The notes below the pieces were generated by a model that was not told the DNA's origin, searched no databases, and saw only the letters and a program-made list of their open reading frames with translations. From the NCBI GenBank assembly GCA_963774265.1, contig CAVZDU010000003.1, forward strand, positions 96,001 through 160,000: a stretch of 64,000 nucleotides of DNA, read 5' to 3'. This DNA is from an uncultured Chloroflexia bacterium (GTDB lineage Bacteria; Chloroflexota; Anaerolineae; CG2-30-64-16). A program made the translations under genes and the position numbers. Within the stretch, counting starts at the first letter, position 1. Each line of letters begins with the position of its first letter. Shown piece after piece: positions 44,243 to 53,347 of the stretch.

Positions 44243-46740
44243 TTACGGCTCCACCACAACCGCGGCTAACTCGACATAATCCCCACCGGGGCCGGTCAGC
44301 CGCGGCGCGCCCTCTGCGTCGCCCCGGTACATCCCCGCGATCAACCGATACGCGCCCGGCGGCGCGTCGAGCGCCAGTGCAACATTGTCCGTTACGGTCT
44401 GCCCCGGTTCGAGCGCAGCGGTTGGGTGCAGCCCATCCCCCGGCCAGCGATCCGACTGTGCTTTGACCTGGCCGTCCGCGCCGAGCAGTTGCAGGAATAC
44501 GGTGTAATTTGCCTGCGGCTTCCGGTCCGCGCGCCAGTCGAGCGAGATTTGCAGCACATCACCGCTCCGCACCCGCACCTCCCCGTCGCGTGTCGGCTGT
44601 GAGGATCCTGGCTGCCTTCGACGCCGAGCCGTGCCTCCACCAGCGTAAGCTCGCCCAACGTCTGCGCAGCCTCCAGCCGCTCCGCAATCTGGCCCGCCGC
44701 CGAGAAACGGATCAACCGGGCCCACTCCTCGAATTTCTGCTCGCTCAGCTTATACGCATGGTCGGTGAGCCAAAGTTCCCAGGACCGGCGCTCCTCCTGG
44801 TCATCCGCCTGGGCGTTCCGGTCGCGGCCCAGGTAGATGGCATCGTAGCGCGACATGAGCCGGCCCGCCAGCGCCTCGTCAACCGGTTTGGCCTGCAGCG
44901 AGTACCAGGGCAGCGGCGCGGCCAGGTAGTTGAGGAAATAGTCGGTCAGCGCCGGATCGGGCACCAGAAACACGTCTTGACACTGGACTCGCAGACCCTG
45001 GCGTTCGCAGCGCGCGTTCTCCAACTCGGCCATCATCGGCTTCAAGAACCGGTCGACGTCGTATTTGTCGTAGCGCGCATCACCCTGCCGGTAGATCATC
45101 AACAACCCCGAAGCGCCCGCGAGCATCACGGCTGCCGTCCCCCAACCGATCACGCGCGCCGCGGCGGGCCGCCGCCAGATCGCCACGAGCGCACTCGCAC
45201 CCACAAGAGCGAGCGCCAGCGACAGGATCAGCCCCCCGGGGAGGACGGCCACCGCACCCTGCGGCCGCTGCTGCACCCAGGCGAAATCGAGCGGCTGCCC
45301 TCCCAACAGCAGACGCAGATGCCCCAGCACCGGCGAATGTTCGGGCCGCAGCATCAACCCCTCGATGGCTTGGCCCAGCCCACCCCAGATCGGGATGTTG
45401 TCGAGCAGCCACCGGATCTCCCATGTGACGAGGTCGATCGACACCCCCAAAACCTGGATCAGCACGCTCAAGACGATCAAGAACCAGGACGCCACCACCT
45501 TCCAGATCGCGACCGAACGGCGCTCGACTCTTTCCTCGTTTGCGGAGCGTCGTTGTGGGACACCCGTTTCAGAGTTCTCTGTGCTCTTTGTGGCTAGAAT
45601 TCGCCAAACCGGCGCGGCGAGCAGCACCAGGAAAGGCACGATCGGCAGGAGGTAGCGCATCCCCCACGCGACGCCGCCCGACCAGTAGTTGTAGCGGCTG
45701 TATCCCACCACGTGGGCCGCGACGATCAACAGGCTGGTCCACCCTTCCCAGCGGTGCTGTCGCGTGAAACGCCACGCGCCGATCAGGCCGAGCAGCAGCA
45801 CCGGGCAGTACCAGAACAACCCCTTGTACGGGCTGACCGTGATCCCCACGAACGCGCGCAGCATTCGCATGGGCACGGTCTGCGAGAGTTGCGGATTGGT
45901 CGTATACTCGACGATGTTGCGGCCGAACGTTTCAACCCCGCTGAGGGTCATCCAGTTGTAGGCCTGGTACAGGAGCAGCAAGATCGCGAGGGGGATGGCT
46001 GCAGCCACCAGCATGGCCAGGCGGCTGCGCCACAACGCCTTGCCGGGATCCGCCGGCCGCCGCCATTCGCACCCGAATGCCAGCAGCGCCAACCCGGGGA
46101 TCACGCCGACGCTGATCAGCTTGGTGACGATGGCCAGCCCGAGTCCAAATCCTGCCAGGCTGGGCCAGACCCAGCGCCGGAGGGAGGGTTGCCGGTCCAC
46201 AGGACTGCCTGCCGGCCTGTAGCGCAGCAGGGCATAGAACGCGAGCAGGTACGCGAATGTCGTCAGCGGCTCGCGGAAGAAGGTGCGGCTGTACGGCCAC
46301 GCCAGCGTCGCGAAGGCAAACACGAGCGTCCCCAGCAGGCCGGTCCGACGACCGTAACCCAGCTCGATAAAGATCAGGTAGAGAAGCGAAGCCGCCGCGG
46401 CCAGCACGATGGCATTGAAGAAGAGCGCGCCCTGCACCCCTGCATCGAGCGCCCGGCCCCACAGGTATAGGGGGATCGGCGCCACCATCTGACCGGGTTC
46501 GTAGTTCGGGACCATGTCGCCCGCAATGGTGAGCATGCCCACCGCCGTGTAGTCCCAGTAGATCTGGTTGGCCGTGAACTCCGCGCGCTTGACGAAGCTG
46601 TCCATGCCGGAGAAATAAGCGCGCTCATCGTTGCTCTTGAACGCGCCGACGTAGGTGAAGAGGTAGACCCCCAACACCAGGAAGAAGATGCCGACAGCAC
46701 GCGAGCGCTCTCGCAAGAGCGGTGGCGGAACGCTTCTCAT
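44243..46740 (-). CDS. GT-C-type membrane glycosyltransferase with C-terminal Ig-like domain (frameshift near 44595)
   Basis: SNDE, YSRTFFREP, SPYKGLFWYCP, WSGGVAWGMRYLLP; C-terminus NYTVFLQLL...GAYRLIAGMY. Confidence 0.75.
45569..45596 (-). repeat. CAC/AAG-type short repeat, in frame in a GT loop
   Basis: TAGCCACAAAGAGCACAGAGAACTCTGA (ATKSTENS). Confidence 0.7.
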
Positions 46741-46753
46741 GACAAGATGGTTC

Positions 46754-48901
46754 TCACTCCACTTGCAAGGATGGCAGCAAGATCGAGCGCCAGAGAATGC
46801 TCAGCGGCGGCTGAACCGTCTCGGGCCTTGGCTCGAGTTGTTCGCCCGTCTCGGGATTGAACCAGCCGACCTCCAGCAGATACTCGCCGGGTGGAATTCC
46901 TGCAGACATCTGCAACAGCACCTGGTCGACGTATACCTGGTCGCGCCAGAACTCGACATTCTCCCGGCCGCCCGGGTTGAAGTGTTCGTCCTGCGCCCAA
47001 TGGCCTCCCGGGTTGTCCGGATTGGCAGTCTGCCCGGGTCCGGGGCGGACATGCACGAAGGTTGCCAACTTGACGCCTTCAGAGGCATTGCCCTGCCAGT
47101 AGAGCGTCAACAGGATCTGCCCGCCGGGAGCGACCTTTTGCTGCGAAATCGTGTATCCCCGCAGGTGCGGGCCACCGGCGAAATCGACGTCCACGATTGC
47201 GGCTGCATTGCATAGCAGCTCGCTATCGGGCAGCGGTTCACCTCCCGGCATTCGGTATTGTGCCAGAAGATCGTCGTATTGTCCCGTATTCATGGCCCAG
47301 CTGGTGCGCAGTCGCTCCCCGGTGAACAGCGGCCCCTGGGTAATCACCCGCAGCCGATCGTAGTACTGGGCCAGCCCCTGGTTGCAGAGCTTATTCTCAC
47401 CCGAAGCCAGGGTCTCAAGATAGCCGGCCGGGATGAGACGCTCGAAATGGCCGATGCGCCAGGGTTTGTCTTTTGGCAAGGGCAGCCGCGCGAGCAGCGG
47501 ATCGGCCAGCGTGTTGAGATCGACAAGATGCTTTTGCGGGCCGGCATAGTAGCCGAAAATGCCGGCGACCCCGAATATGTGCACGGGAAACGGATTCTCG
47601 CGCGCCTCCAGTCCCAACGCGACGAGGCCCTGGTTGGGATACGGCGGCTGCTTCTGGTTGAGGAGTCCCGTGCCCTCATAGAAACAACTGCGTTCGTCCG
47701 ACACGCCCGACGGTCCGATCCCCGCCGCGTCGCACTTCATGAAGCGCGTCCCAGGAATCGGCGCGTACGGCCCGGCCAATCCGACGACGATGATGAGGAT
47801 GGTCGCGATAAGCGAAAGTGCCCCAGGTGCCCGGCACTTCGAAAGTGCCGGGCACTTAGCAGTAGCCACCCCAAGTGCCCGGCACCTGCCAGGTGCCGGG
47901 CGCTTACCCGCAATCAGCATCGCACCCAGCACGGGGGCAGCCAGGAAGCGCCCGCTCATGAAGTCGCCGCCGATCCAAACCACATAGCCAAGGTAAAGGA
48001 CGATGCCCGCCGCCCAGAACAGAAGGCCTGGCCGTCGTGACCAGACCGCGGTCGCCAGGCCGAAGACGATGAGCAGCGAGCTCAGCGGATCGATAGCCGT
48101 CGAACGGACAAGATACGTCAGCCCTTGCCGCACCAGCGCGACCTGGTCGATGCCGTGGCTCAATTTGGCGAAATAGGTGTTTGGCGCAAGGAACCCGTAA
48201 TACAGGAGTGAGAAGGCCTCCCATGCCAGGAGGGGCAGGAAACCCAGCAGGATCATCCCGATCGCTCTGGGCGCCTGCCGGCGAATTTCGGCCCGGCCCT
48301 GCCAGAGCACGTACGCGAAAGCAGGTGCGACGAAGAGGACGATGTCGGGCCGGTTCAAGGCGAGGAGCGCGGTGATCAGCGACAGAAGAAAGAGGCGGCG
48401 CAGCTCGCCGCCATTTTGCATCAGGACGATGAAGAAGAGCACCAGAAGCAGGTGTGTCAGCGGGTTCTCCAGGCCCGAGGTGGAATAATCCGTGAAGGCC
48501 TTGGACAGCGTGAGACCGGTCACTGCGAGAAGCGATGCCTGCCATGAGGCCCCAACACGGGTCACGACTAACCCAACCACCGCCAGCGAGATCGCCGCGG
48601 ATACCAGGAGCGTTGTGAAGTACGCGTCGCGCGTAACGAAGTAGAAGGCCGACAGGACCAACATCCACAGCGGGTGGGTGTAGGCCTGGACCCGCTCCGC
48701 GACGTTCCACGTGAGGCCGTAGCCGTGCACGAAATTGTCTATCGTGCGTAACGTGATATAGGCGTCGTCGCTCATCCATGCCGTGCGCAGCAGAACCCCC
48801 GCAAAGACCGCGACGAGGGCGGCCGCGGCCCAGTGGGTGGTTGGCCACTCCCGGACTGGGCCGATGACGCCTCGCGTTCCTCGATCCTTCATGCGTGTCA
48901 C
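46754..48901 (-). CDS. AftB-like (DDAYI) GT-C glycosyltransferase with C-terminal Ig-like domain
   Basis: SDDAYITLR, ERVQAYTHPLW, TSGLENPL, RPD, PNTYFAK, GGDFMSGRF, WRIGHFER. Confidence 0.8.
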   Translation of the reverse strand: MTRMKDRGTRGVIGPVREWPTTHWAAAALVAVFAGVLLRTAWMSDDAYITLRTIDNFVHGYGLTWNVAERVQAYTHPLWMLVLSAFYFVTRDAYFTTLLVSAAISLAVVGLVVTRVGASWQASLLAVTGLTLSKAFTDYSTSGLENPLTHLLLVLFFIVLMQNGGELRRLFLLSLITALLALNRPDIVLFVAPAFAYVLWQGRAEIRRQAPRAIGMILLGFLPLLAWEAFSLLYYGFLAPNTYFAKLSHGIDQVALVRQGLTYLVRSTAIDPLSSLLIVFGLATAVWSRRPGLLFWAAGIVLYLGYVVWIGGDFMSGRFLAAPVLGAMLIAGKRPAPGRCRALGVATAKCPALSKCRAPGALSLIATILIIVVGLAGPYAPIPGTRFMKCDAAGIGPSGVSDERSCFYEGTGLLNQKQPPYPNQGLVALGLEARENPFPVHIFGVAGIFGYYAGPQKHLVDLNTLADPLLARLPLPKDKPWRIGHFERLIPAGYLETLASGENKLCNQGLAQYYDRLRVITQGPLFTGERLRTSWAMNTGQYDDLLAQYRMPGGEPLPDSELLCNAAAIVDVDFAGGPHLRGYTISQQKVAPGGQILLTLYWQGNASEGVKLATFVHVRPGPGQTANPDNPGGHWAQDEHFNPGGRENVEFWRDQVYVDQVLLQMSAGIPPGEYLLEVGWFNPETGEQLEPRPETVQPPLSILWRSILLPSLQVE
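47825..47905. repeat. Two 33-bp GTGCCnGGCAC 15-3-15 hairpins, in frame inside the AftB-like gene
   Basis: AGGTGCCCGGCACTT-CGA-AAGTGCCGGGCACTT (47825-47857); AAGTGCCCGGCACCT-GCC-AGGTGCCGGGCGCTT (47873-47905). Confidence 0.9.
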
Positions 48902-51315
48902 CGCGTTGCCGTCGATCCGACGCGCAGGTTGGGCAGGAGCACCGACCGCCAGAGGATGCGCAGCGGCGCCTGGACTGACTCCGGAGGCACATCCGCCTGC
49001 TCCCCGGTTTCGGGATTAAACCAGCCCACCTCGAGGAAATACTCCCCGGCCGGCATGTCCTCGGGCAAGCGCAGCCGGTACACGTCGCGGTACAGCTTGC
49101 CAGGTAGATGATCCCGGGTCAGCAGCCCACCGGGCGAAACGTGCTCATCCTGCGCCCACATGCCGTTCGCAGCCCGGGGATTGCCGGGTTGCCCCTCGGC
49201 TGAGGGACGCACGTGCGCAAAACTCCACAGCGTCTCTGTCATACCGTCAACGGCCTGCCAATACAGTTCGAGTCTCACCTGGTCCCCAGGCTTCAAATCG
49301 TATGACTCGACAGAGTAGCCACGCAGGCGGGGCCCATCGACAAACGGCACATCCGTCGTCACCTGCGCACCGCAGACGCGCTCTGGGGTCGACGCACACC
49401 GGAACCATGTGGTGTGCGGATCAATAACAGCGATCTTGAGTATCAGCAGCGCCGTGAGGCCCACAAGTGACCAGACGGGGAGAGTGGCTGACACCCCTTG
49501 GACCACGGACTCCGGCGCCTCCATGCGTTCATCGGCGCCGGGAACGGAAGTATTTCTCATTTGCCGGCGCCATAGCGCCCATCCACTCGCAAGAACCAAC
49601 ACGAGCACACTGAGCCCGCTCACCCAGAAGCCCAGCCGTTCGACCGCGGTGGTGCGGTAGCGCAGCGCCACCGCGTGGTCGCCGGCCGGCACGGCCAGTT
49701 GCACGTAGCCCGTGCCTTCTTGTGGGGCCAGCGCCGCGGGCGCGCCGTCCACGGTGGCGTCCCAGCGGGGGTAATACAGAAGGTGCAGTGTCGCGGTGGT
49801 CGCCGCGGCCGCACTGACCTCAAGATTCCATGCCTGGTTTTTGACGTGCGCCGACCGCACTTGTAGATCACCAGACGCGAGCGGCTTCCGGGCGGCGTCG
49901 AAATCGTCACCCAACTCTGCCAGCAACTTGTCGTCAAAGGGCGCGGTGCGCGCGAGCGGCGTGAATTCTCCGAAGGCGGTCAGGGCGGAGCCGCCTGATG
50001 CGATTTCTGATGCCCTGACCTGCCTGAGGTCGACCGGCAGCTGGAACTCCGTGTACCGATGTTGGAGCTCCACATAGAGCGATGGCAGTGCGATGAGCAC
50101 GAAGACTCCCGCCAGCGCCATCCCCAGCGTGCGCTGCCAGCGGGGCGACAAGATTGCCACGACGAGTCCGACGACGGTCGCGGCCGCCAGCGCCTGAACC
50201 CCCATCAAGCGGGTCCGGTACAGCAGCCTTGCCAGCAGGGACCCTCCAAGACGCCAAAACCAATCTGCGAACGGGGTGAGGATCCAGAGCAAGAACAATC
50301 CGGCCACCGTTGCAGCAATGAGTGCGTAGGCGATTGGCCGGTTCCGGCGCCAGGCAACAAGGGTCGCTGGAATACCCAACAACAGTAAGACCGTATGGGC
50401 CAGCCCTACGCGGTCGCCAACATTGTTATTATCGCGCGCCACGTCGTACACCACCGGCGGGGCCAGCAACTGGTCCAGAGGGATTGGGTTATTTGCCGGA
50501 ATGGCCTCTACCTGTGTGAAGTCGCGCTGGACATGCACCCAGTTCTGTTCCTGGGCCATAGGCAGCCAAATAAATGCCGTCAGCAGTCCGCCAGCCACCA
50601 GCGCCAACAGGGGTGCAGCAGTGCGATGGCGCCACCAGAGGCATACCGCCAGAAGTCCGGCGAAGGGCGCCAGCATCAGCGGTCCAAGCACATGCGACCC
50701 GATACACGCCGCCCACACGAGCGCCGCCACCAGGAAACGCCCCATCCCCGGCTGCTTGGCAAGCCAAAGCAGGCTCCACAGCACCAGCGGATACAGGAAC
50801 ATGCTGTACGCCTCGTTCGATCCTCGTTCGAGCGCGTTGCGCAGGACATAGGGCGCGTACAGATACGCTACTGCCGCGACCAGCGCAGGCCAACGTCGTC
50901 CGGTGATCTCACGCACAAGCAAGTAGGCGCCGAGGAACGCCAGGCCAAACCCGGCTGCCACCAGGCAACGCCAGCCGAGCGGATGCGACAGCCCCAGGCG
51001 ATACAGCAGGTCCATGCCGTAGTACGGGAGTGGCGGCTGGAACGTAAAGAGCGGACTTCCCAATCCCCAATGGAGGGACTGTGTCCAGCGCGGATACAAT
51101 ACGCCGTCATCAATCACATCGGAGAAGCTCACGCCGCGTAGAACATGTTCTGTTGCTGCATCGTATGCGACCGCACCGATGTCCTGGGTCAATGATACAA
51201 GGAGGACAGGCGCGGCCAACAGAATCAGAAGCCAGATCCAGCGGAGTGAAGTGCCGTGTGATCGCTCGGTCATTCTTTTCTCACGAGGCGCGGTCAATGA
51301 TGAGTGCATGGTCAT
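48898..51315 (-). CDS. PTPS-related/YfhO-like membrane glycosyltransferase with C-terminal Ig-like domain
   Basis: YPRW...GLGSPLFTFQPPLPYY, ERGSNE, GEFTP, YYPRW.ATVDG; ATGA overlap with the upstream stop. Confidence 0.78.
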   Translation of the reverse strand: MTMHSSLTAPREKRMTERSHGTSLRWIWLLILLAAPVLLVSLTQDIGAVAYDAATEHVLRGVSFSDVIDDGVLYPRWTQSLHWGLGSPLFTFQPPLPYYGMDLLYRLGLSHPLGWRCLVAAGFGLAFLGAYLLVREITGRRWPALVAAVAYLYAPYVLRNALERGSNEAYSMFLYPLVLWSLLWLAKQPGMGRFLVAALVWAACIGSHVLGPLMLAPFAGLLAVCLWWRHRTAAPLLALVAGGLLTAFIWLPMAQEQNWVHVQRDFTQVEAIPANNPIPLDQLLAPPVVYDVARDNNNVGDRVGLAHTVLLLLGIPATLVAWRRNRPIAYALIAATVAGLFLLWILTPFADWFWRLGGSLLARLLYRTRLMGVQALAAATVVGLVVAILSPRWQRTLGMALAGVFVLIALPSLYVELQHRYTEFQLPVDLRQVRASEIASGGSALTAFGEFTPLARTAPFDDKLLAELGDDFDAARKPLASGDLQVRSAHVKNQAWNLEVSAAAATTATLHLLYYPRWDATVDGAPAALAPQEGTGYVQLAVPAGDHAVALRYRTTAVERLGFWVSGLSVLVLVLASGWALWRRQMRNTSVPGADERMEAPESVVQGVSATLPVWSLVGLTALLILKIAVIDPHTTWFRCASTPERVCGAQVTTDVPFVDGPRLRGYSVESYDLKPGDQVRLELYWQAVDGMTETLWSFAHVRPSAEGQPGNPRAANGMWAQDEHVSPGGLLTRDHLPGKLYRDVYRLRLPEDMPAGEYFLEVGWFNPETGEQADVPPESVQAPLRILWRSVLLPNLRVGSTATR

Positions 51316-53347
51316 TTGGGTATCGATAGGAGCTGATCCGCCGCGTGGCCGGACACGGGAACCCAAGGCCCTTCCGGGAAAGGCCGCAAGCCGACTTCCG
51401 CTCTCACTGCCTGGTTTGTCACCTCTTGCGGCGGCAGGTATGTGTCGGCCACGACGCGCCCCACCGGCCACTTATCTGTGCTGAATCGGCCCGCGCCCGG
51501 CGATCGCTTCCACTCCCACAGGAGGTTGCCGTTCGCGTCGAGCAGCCGCAATGCCGTGCGCAGGTCATCGGGCGTCTTTTGCGCGGCGCGCCAGAACAGC
51601 GTCAATTGGCCCGGCGCCGGATCATCCCACGCAGCCGCCACCAATTCCAGGGGACCGAAGGCCACATTCATCGCCTGTGCTGCGGCGATTCGCTCCGGAT
51701 TGGGCTCGGGCGGAGGCGCGAAGGGCAGCACCAGGCCTGTGATCAGGCTGGCGATGGCGACGGCGGCCATGCCGCCGGCAAACAGGCCGCTCGTCACGCG
51801 TGTGGCGCGTCTTGGAAGCCAGGCGCCAAGCCCTCCTGCGACAAGCAGCGCAATGGGCGCTAGGGCCGGAAACAACAGGCGCCCCTGGTCGGTGCCGAGC
51901 GCCACACTGCTGTAGGAGAAAATGCCTGCCGCGGTCACCAGCGGCGCACCGAGGAGGATGATCCAGAGGTGCCCGGCACTTGCCAAGTGCCGTGCACCTG
52001 ATCCTCGCCAGTGCCGTGCACCTTCTTCGTCAGCCACAAGACCCATCCTGCGAGGGCGGCTGCGCCGATCGCTGCCCAGATGACATAAAGCGCAGCCGGC
52101 AAGGGGATGTGGCCCGCGCCGCCGAACTTCCCCCAGAAACTGAGCCACCATCCGGTCAACAACTGCACCACGTCCGCCAGCCCCAGCGGTCCCTGGCGTC
52201 GATCGATGGTCGCGAGCACCAGCGGCCACCCGAACGGATCGCCGTACAAACGCCAGTTGCGCCAGAGCCACGGCGCCGCGATCAGGAAGGCCGCAGCACC
52301 CGCCAGCGCCACCCGGATCAGGCCCGGCATCAGCGTACGCCAATCCAGGCGGCGCAACCCTTTCGGCCATGTTGAGATGATGAAGACTGCCGCCACGATC
52401 AGGGCCAGCGACCCCGTGCTCGCCTTCGTGACAAACGCCAGCCCAAGACAGACACCGGCCAGCACCGCACCGGCGACCGCCTTGTGGTTACTCACGGCAT
52501 TCGCCCTGTCGTTGTGAACATTAACGAGCTCGCCACCGGCGACCGCCTGCCCGTCAACGGGCAGGCTACGAAGCGACGCCCGCTGAAGCGGGCTAAGCGA
52601 GGCCGTCAATGCTGCGTTAGCCCCATTAATGGGGCGTTGTTGGGTAGCCCGGCGATTGATCGCCGGGCGGTCTTGCTGGTTTGGTGCGATTGCCTGGGGC
52701 TGAAGCCTAAGGCCGCGCAGCGCCAACCACATCGCCAGTGTCGCCCACATCGCGGCCAGCATGTCGTTGCTCATTGCGCCACCGACGAACAACGACTCCG
52801 GCAGGAACGCAGCGAACACAGCGCCCGCAAGTGCGAGCCCAGGCCGCTCGGGCCAGATCGCGCGGCCCAGCAAATACGTCGCCAGGACGAGCACCAACCC
52901 GGCCAGGATTGACACGAAGCGCCCCGCACGCATGGTGAGCACGCCATCGCGCCATGGCCAATCTTCCGCCGTCGTGTGAATGAAGAAATTGGTCGCCTGG
53001 CTCTGGGGACCGAAGGCCATGTCGGGATTGGCGCGCAGGAAGCTGCAGTCGGGCGAACCGCCGGCAAGCTTGCCGGCGGCGGCCGCGAGGATGTGATACA
53101 GCGGGGGGTGCTTGCCCTGCGTCATCTCCGGCCCGACGGGCAGCTTGCCTTCCTCCAGGATGTAGGCCGCGTACGCGTAGTGATCCGCCTCATCCGGCGC
53201 TTCGCCCAGCGGGGTGGCCAGGCTGAAGACGATCGCGAGGATCAATCGCAGTGCCAGCAGAACGATCAGCGCGCCCCGTGTGCGCCCTGCCTCTGCTGAG
53301 ACCGGGGATGGCATCAGGGCCTCGTGATCGTGATGCTTTTCGGCCAT
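51312..53347 (-). CDS. GT39/DUF2142-like membrane glycosyltransferase (frame change near 51960)
   Basis: EAPDEADH, HPPLY, SNDML, RNWRLYGDP, SFWGKFG, QGRLLFP. Confidence 0.78.
51967..52023. repeat. 33-bp GTGCCnGGCAC hairpin plus one half copy, inside the GT gene
   Basis: AGGTGCCCGGCACTT-GCC-AAGTGCCGTGCACCT (51967-51999); CAGTGCCGTGCACCT (52009-52023). Confidence 0.88.
52545..52668. repeat. Two oppositely oriented 49-nt double-hairpin GTAG elements (copies 2 and 3), in frame in a GT loop
   Basis: Minus strand 52545-52593: GCCCGC-TTCA-GCGGGC, 8 nt, GTA-GCCTGCCCGT-TG-ACGGGCAGGC. Plus strand 52620-52668: GCCCCA-TTAA-TGGGGC, 8 nt, GTA-GCCCGGCGAT-TG-ATCGCCGGGC. Confidence 0.9.
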
